Below are positions 62,898 to 64,000 of a stretch of DNA of 64,000 bases, one piece after another. The notes under the pieces were generated by a model. That model had not been told where the DNA came from, did not search any database, and saw nothing but the letters and a program-made list of their open reading frames with translations. This stretch comes from Phycisphaerae bacterium (lineage in GTDB: Bacteria > Planctomycetota > Phycisphaerae > UBA1845). The stretch covers positions 768,001 through 832,000 of the forward strand of contig CAXXGO010000001.1 of assembly GCA_963666835.2 (NCBI GenBank), given 5' to 3'. Within the stretch, counting starts at the first letter, position 1, and the number at the start of each line of letters is the position of its first letter. Position numbers and translations under genes: made by a program.

Positions 62898-63992
62898 ATG
62901 GTGAAGACGTTAGTGACATCGTGGTGGCGGGGCGGCTGGCTGCTGGCCTTGTCGGTAATGGTGTTTAGCGGGTGCGGCACCAACGGCGCCCGCGACGACT
63001 CGCAGGAAGCTTCGGGAATCGAGCGCACCGCGCAGCGCGGGCCGGTGTCGATGACCCTTAGCGCCACTCCCGAAGAGATCGGTCTGGCCGAGACCGCGAC
63101 TCTCCGTGTGGAGATAGTCGCGGACCACAGCGCTACGGTTACGCCGCACTCCTACGAACGCGCCCTCGGAGAAGATGAGCATAAGTTCGATTACCGTATC
63201 ATTCGCAGCCGCCAGGAGCAGGCCGTTCCCACGAAGGACGGGAAACTGCGCTGGATATACGAGTACGAGCTGGAGTTCGTACTGGCCGGGGACTACGAAC
63301 TACCCGGGGCGAGCTTGTCGTTCGTGGCCGAGCAAAAGGAGGATCAGTCGGCCGGGGAAGCGACCATGCCGCCGGAGATGGAGACCGTTGAGACCGATTC
63401 GATACCGATTATCGTGCACGAACCGGCCGAGCCCCCCGTTGCCCCGGAAGAGCTGAACACGATTACCGCGCTTGACCCGGTGGAGTTGCCCAAGGAATGG
63501 GGACCCTGGTGGTGGATCGGGCCGCCGCTGGCGCTCGCATTGGTCTTGCTGATTATTGTGGCGATCATCCGACGGGTTAGAAGGCCGGAGGTCGTCGTGC
63601 CGATTCCGGCGCACGAATGGGCCCAGCGGCAACTTGCGGCGCTGGTCTCTGAGAACCTGCTGAGCCGCGGTTTTGTGAAGGAGTTCTACTATCGGGTCAG
63701 TGACGTGGTCCGCGGATATGTCGAGCGCCGTTTCGACGTCTCGGCTCCCGAAATGACTACCGAGGAGTTCCTTGCGGATATTGCTACTGACCGGCGCTTC
63801 GGTGCGGGGATGGCCGAGGAGCTCACCCGGTTTCTGGCCGCGTGCGACTGGGTCAAATATGCCGGATTCCGTCCGGCAACCACCGAAGCCGAGACCCTGA
63901 TCGCAACGGCCGGCAGCTTTGTCGAGCGGACCCGGGCGAACGGCGACGGTGCCGGGCAGTCGAATACTCGAACGGGAGGGCCGGTGACATGA
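62898..63992 (+). CDS. BatD-like membrane-anchored lipoprotein of the MoxR/VWA operon
   Basis: FSGC lipobox; central TM; YVERRF...APEMTTEEF...D.VKYA; ATGA overlap with the next gene starting at 63989 (truncated by the window). Confidence 0.7.
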   Translation: MVKTLVTSWWRGGWLLALSVMVFSGCGTNGARDDSQEASGIERTAQRGPVSMTLSATPEEIGLAETATLRVEIVADHSATVTPHSYERALGEDEHKFDYRIIRSRQEQAVPTKDGKLRWIYEYELEFVLAGDYELPGASLSFVAEQKEDQSAGEATMPPEMETVETDSIPIIVHEPAEPPVAPEELNTITALDPVELPKEWGPWWWIGPPLALALVLLIIVAIIRRVRRPEVVVPIPAHEWAQRQLAALVSENLLSRGFVKEFYYRVSDVVRGYVERRFDVSAPEMTTEEFLADIATDRRFGAGMAEELTRFLAACDWVKYAGFRPATTEAETLIATAGSFVERTRANGDGAGQSNTRTGGPVT

Positions 63993-64000
63993 TGGAGTAC

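Overview
GC-rich bacterial window, most likely from a planctomycete of class Phycisphaerae. This is inferred from a DUF1559/H-X9-DG protein, dockerin-like and SBBP-repeat secreted proteins, an IPTL-CTERM tail and a CxxCGYxLxGL...CPECG membrane protein. Housekeeping content: gdhA, sucC (no adjacent sucD), a complete F1Fo ATP synthase operon (atpZ/Q-I-B-E-F-H-A-G-D-C, minus strand), aspA, a DinG-type helicase, an LPS-core cluster (waaF, a WaaP-like kinase, a GT4) with plsY, and a MoxR-DUF58-BatD-like operon running off the right end. Accessory content: an IS1595-family element (23-bp IRs, 8-bp TSD) splitting a large secreted gene, an IS1182 transposase, an IS200/RAYT-like HUH transposase within structured REP-like repeats, several other palindromic repeat families and twin trypsin-like lipoproteins. 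Most interesting unexplained systems: (1) a divergent ECF-sigma-like gene flanked by two paralogous ~70-80 aa helical proteins; (2) gdhA followed by two PEP-synthase-like ATP-grasp/His proteins lacking the pyruvate barrel, one fused to a sensor-like N-terminus and a C-terminal nucleotidyltransferase, abutting a metallophosphoesterase; (3) a ~240-codon in-frame mosaic of palindromic repeats inside a GT-C-like membrane protein gene; (4) a shared ~200-aa C-terminal module on two unrelated secreted proteins. All calls come from reading motifs by eye; no searches were run.
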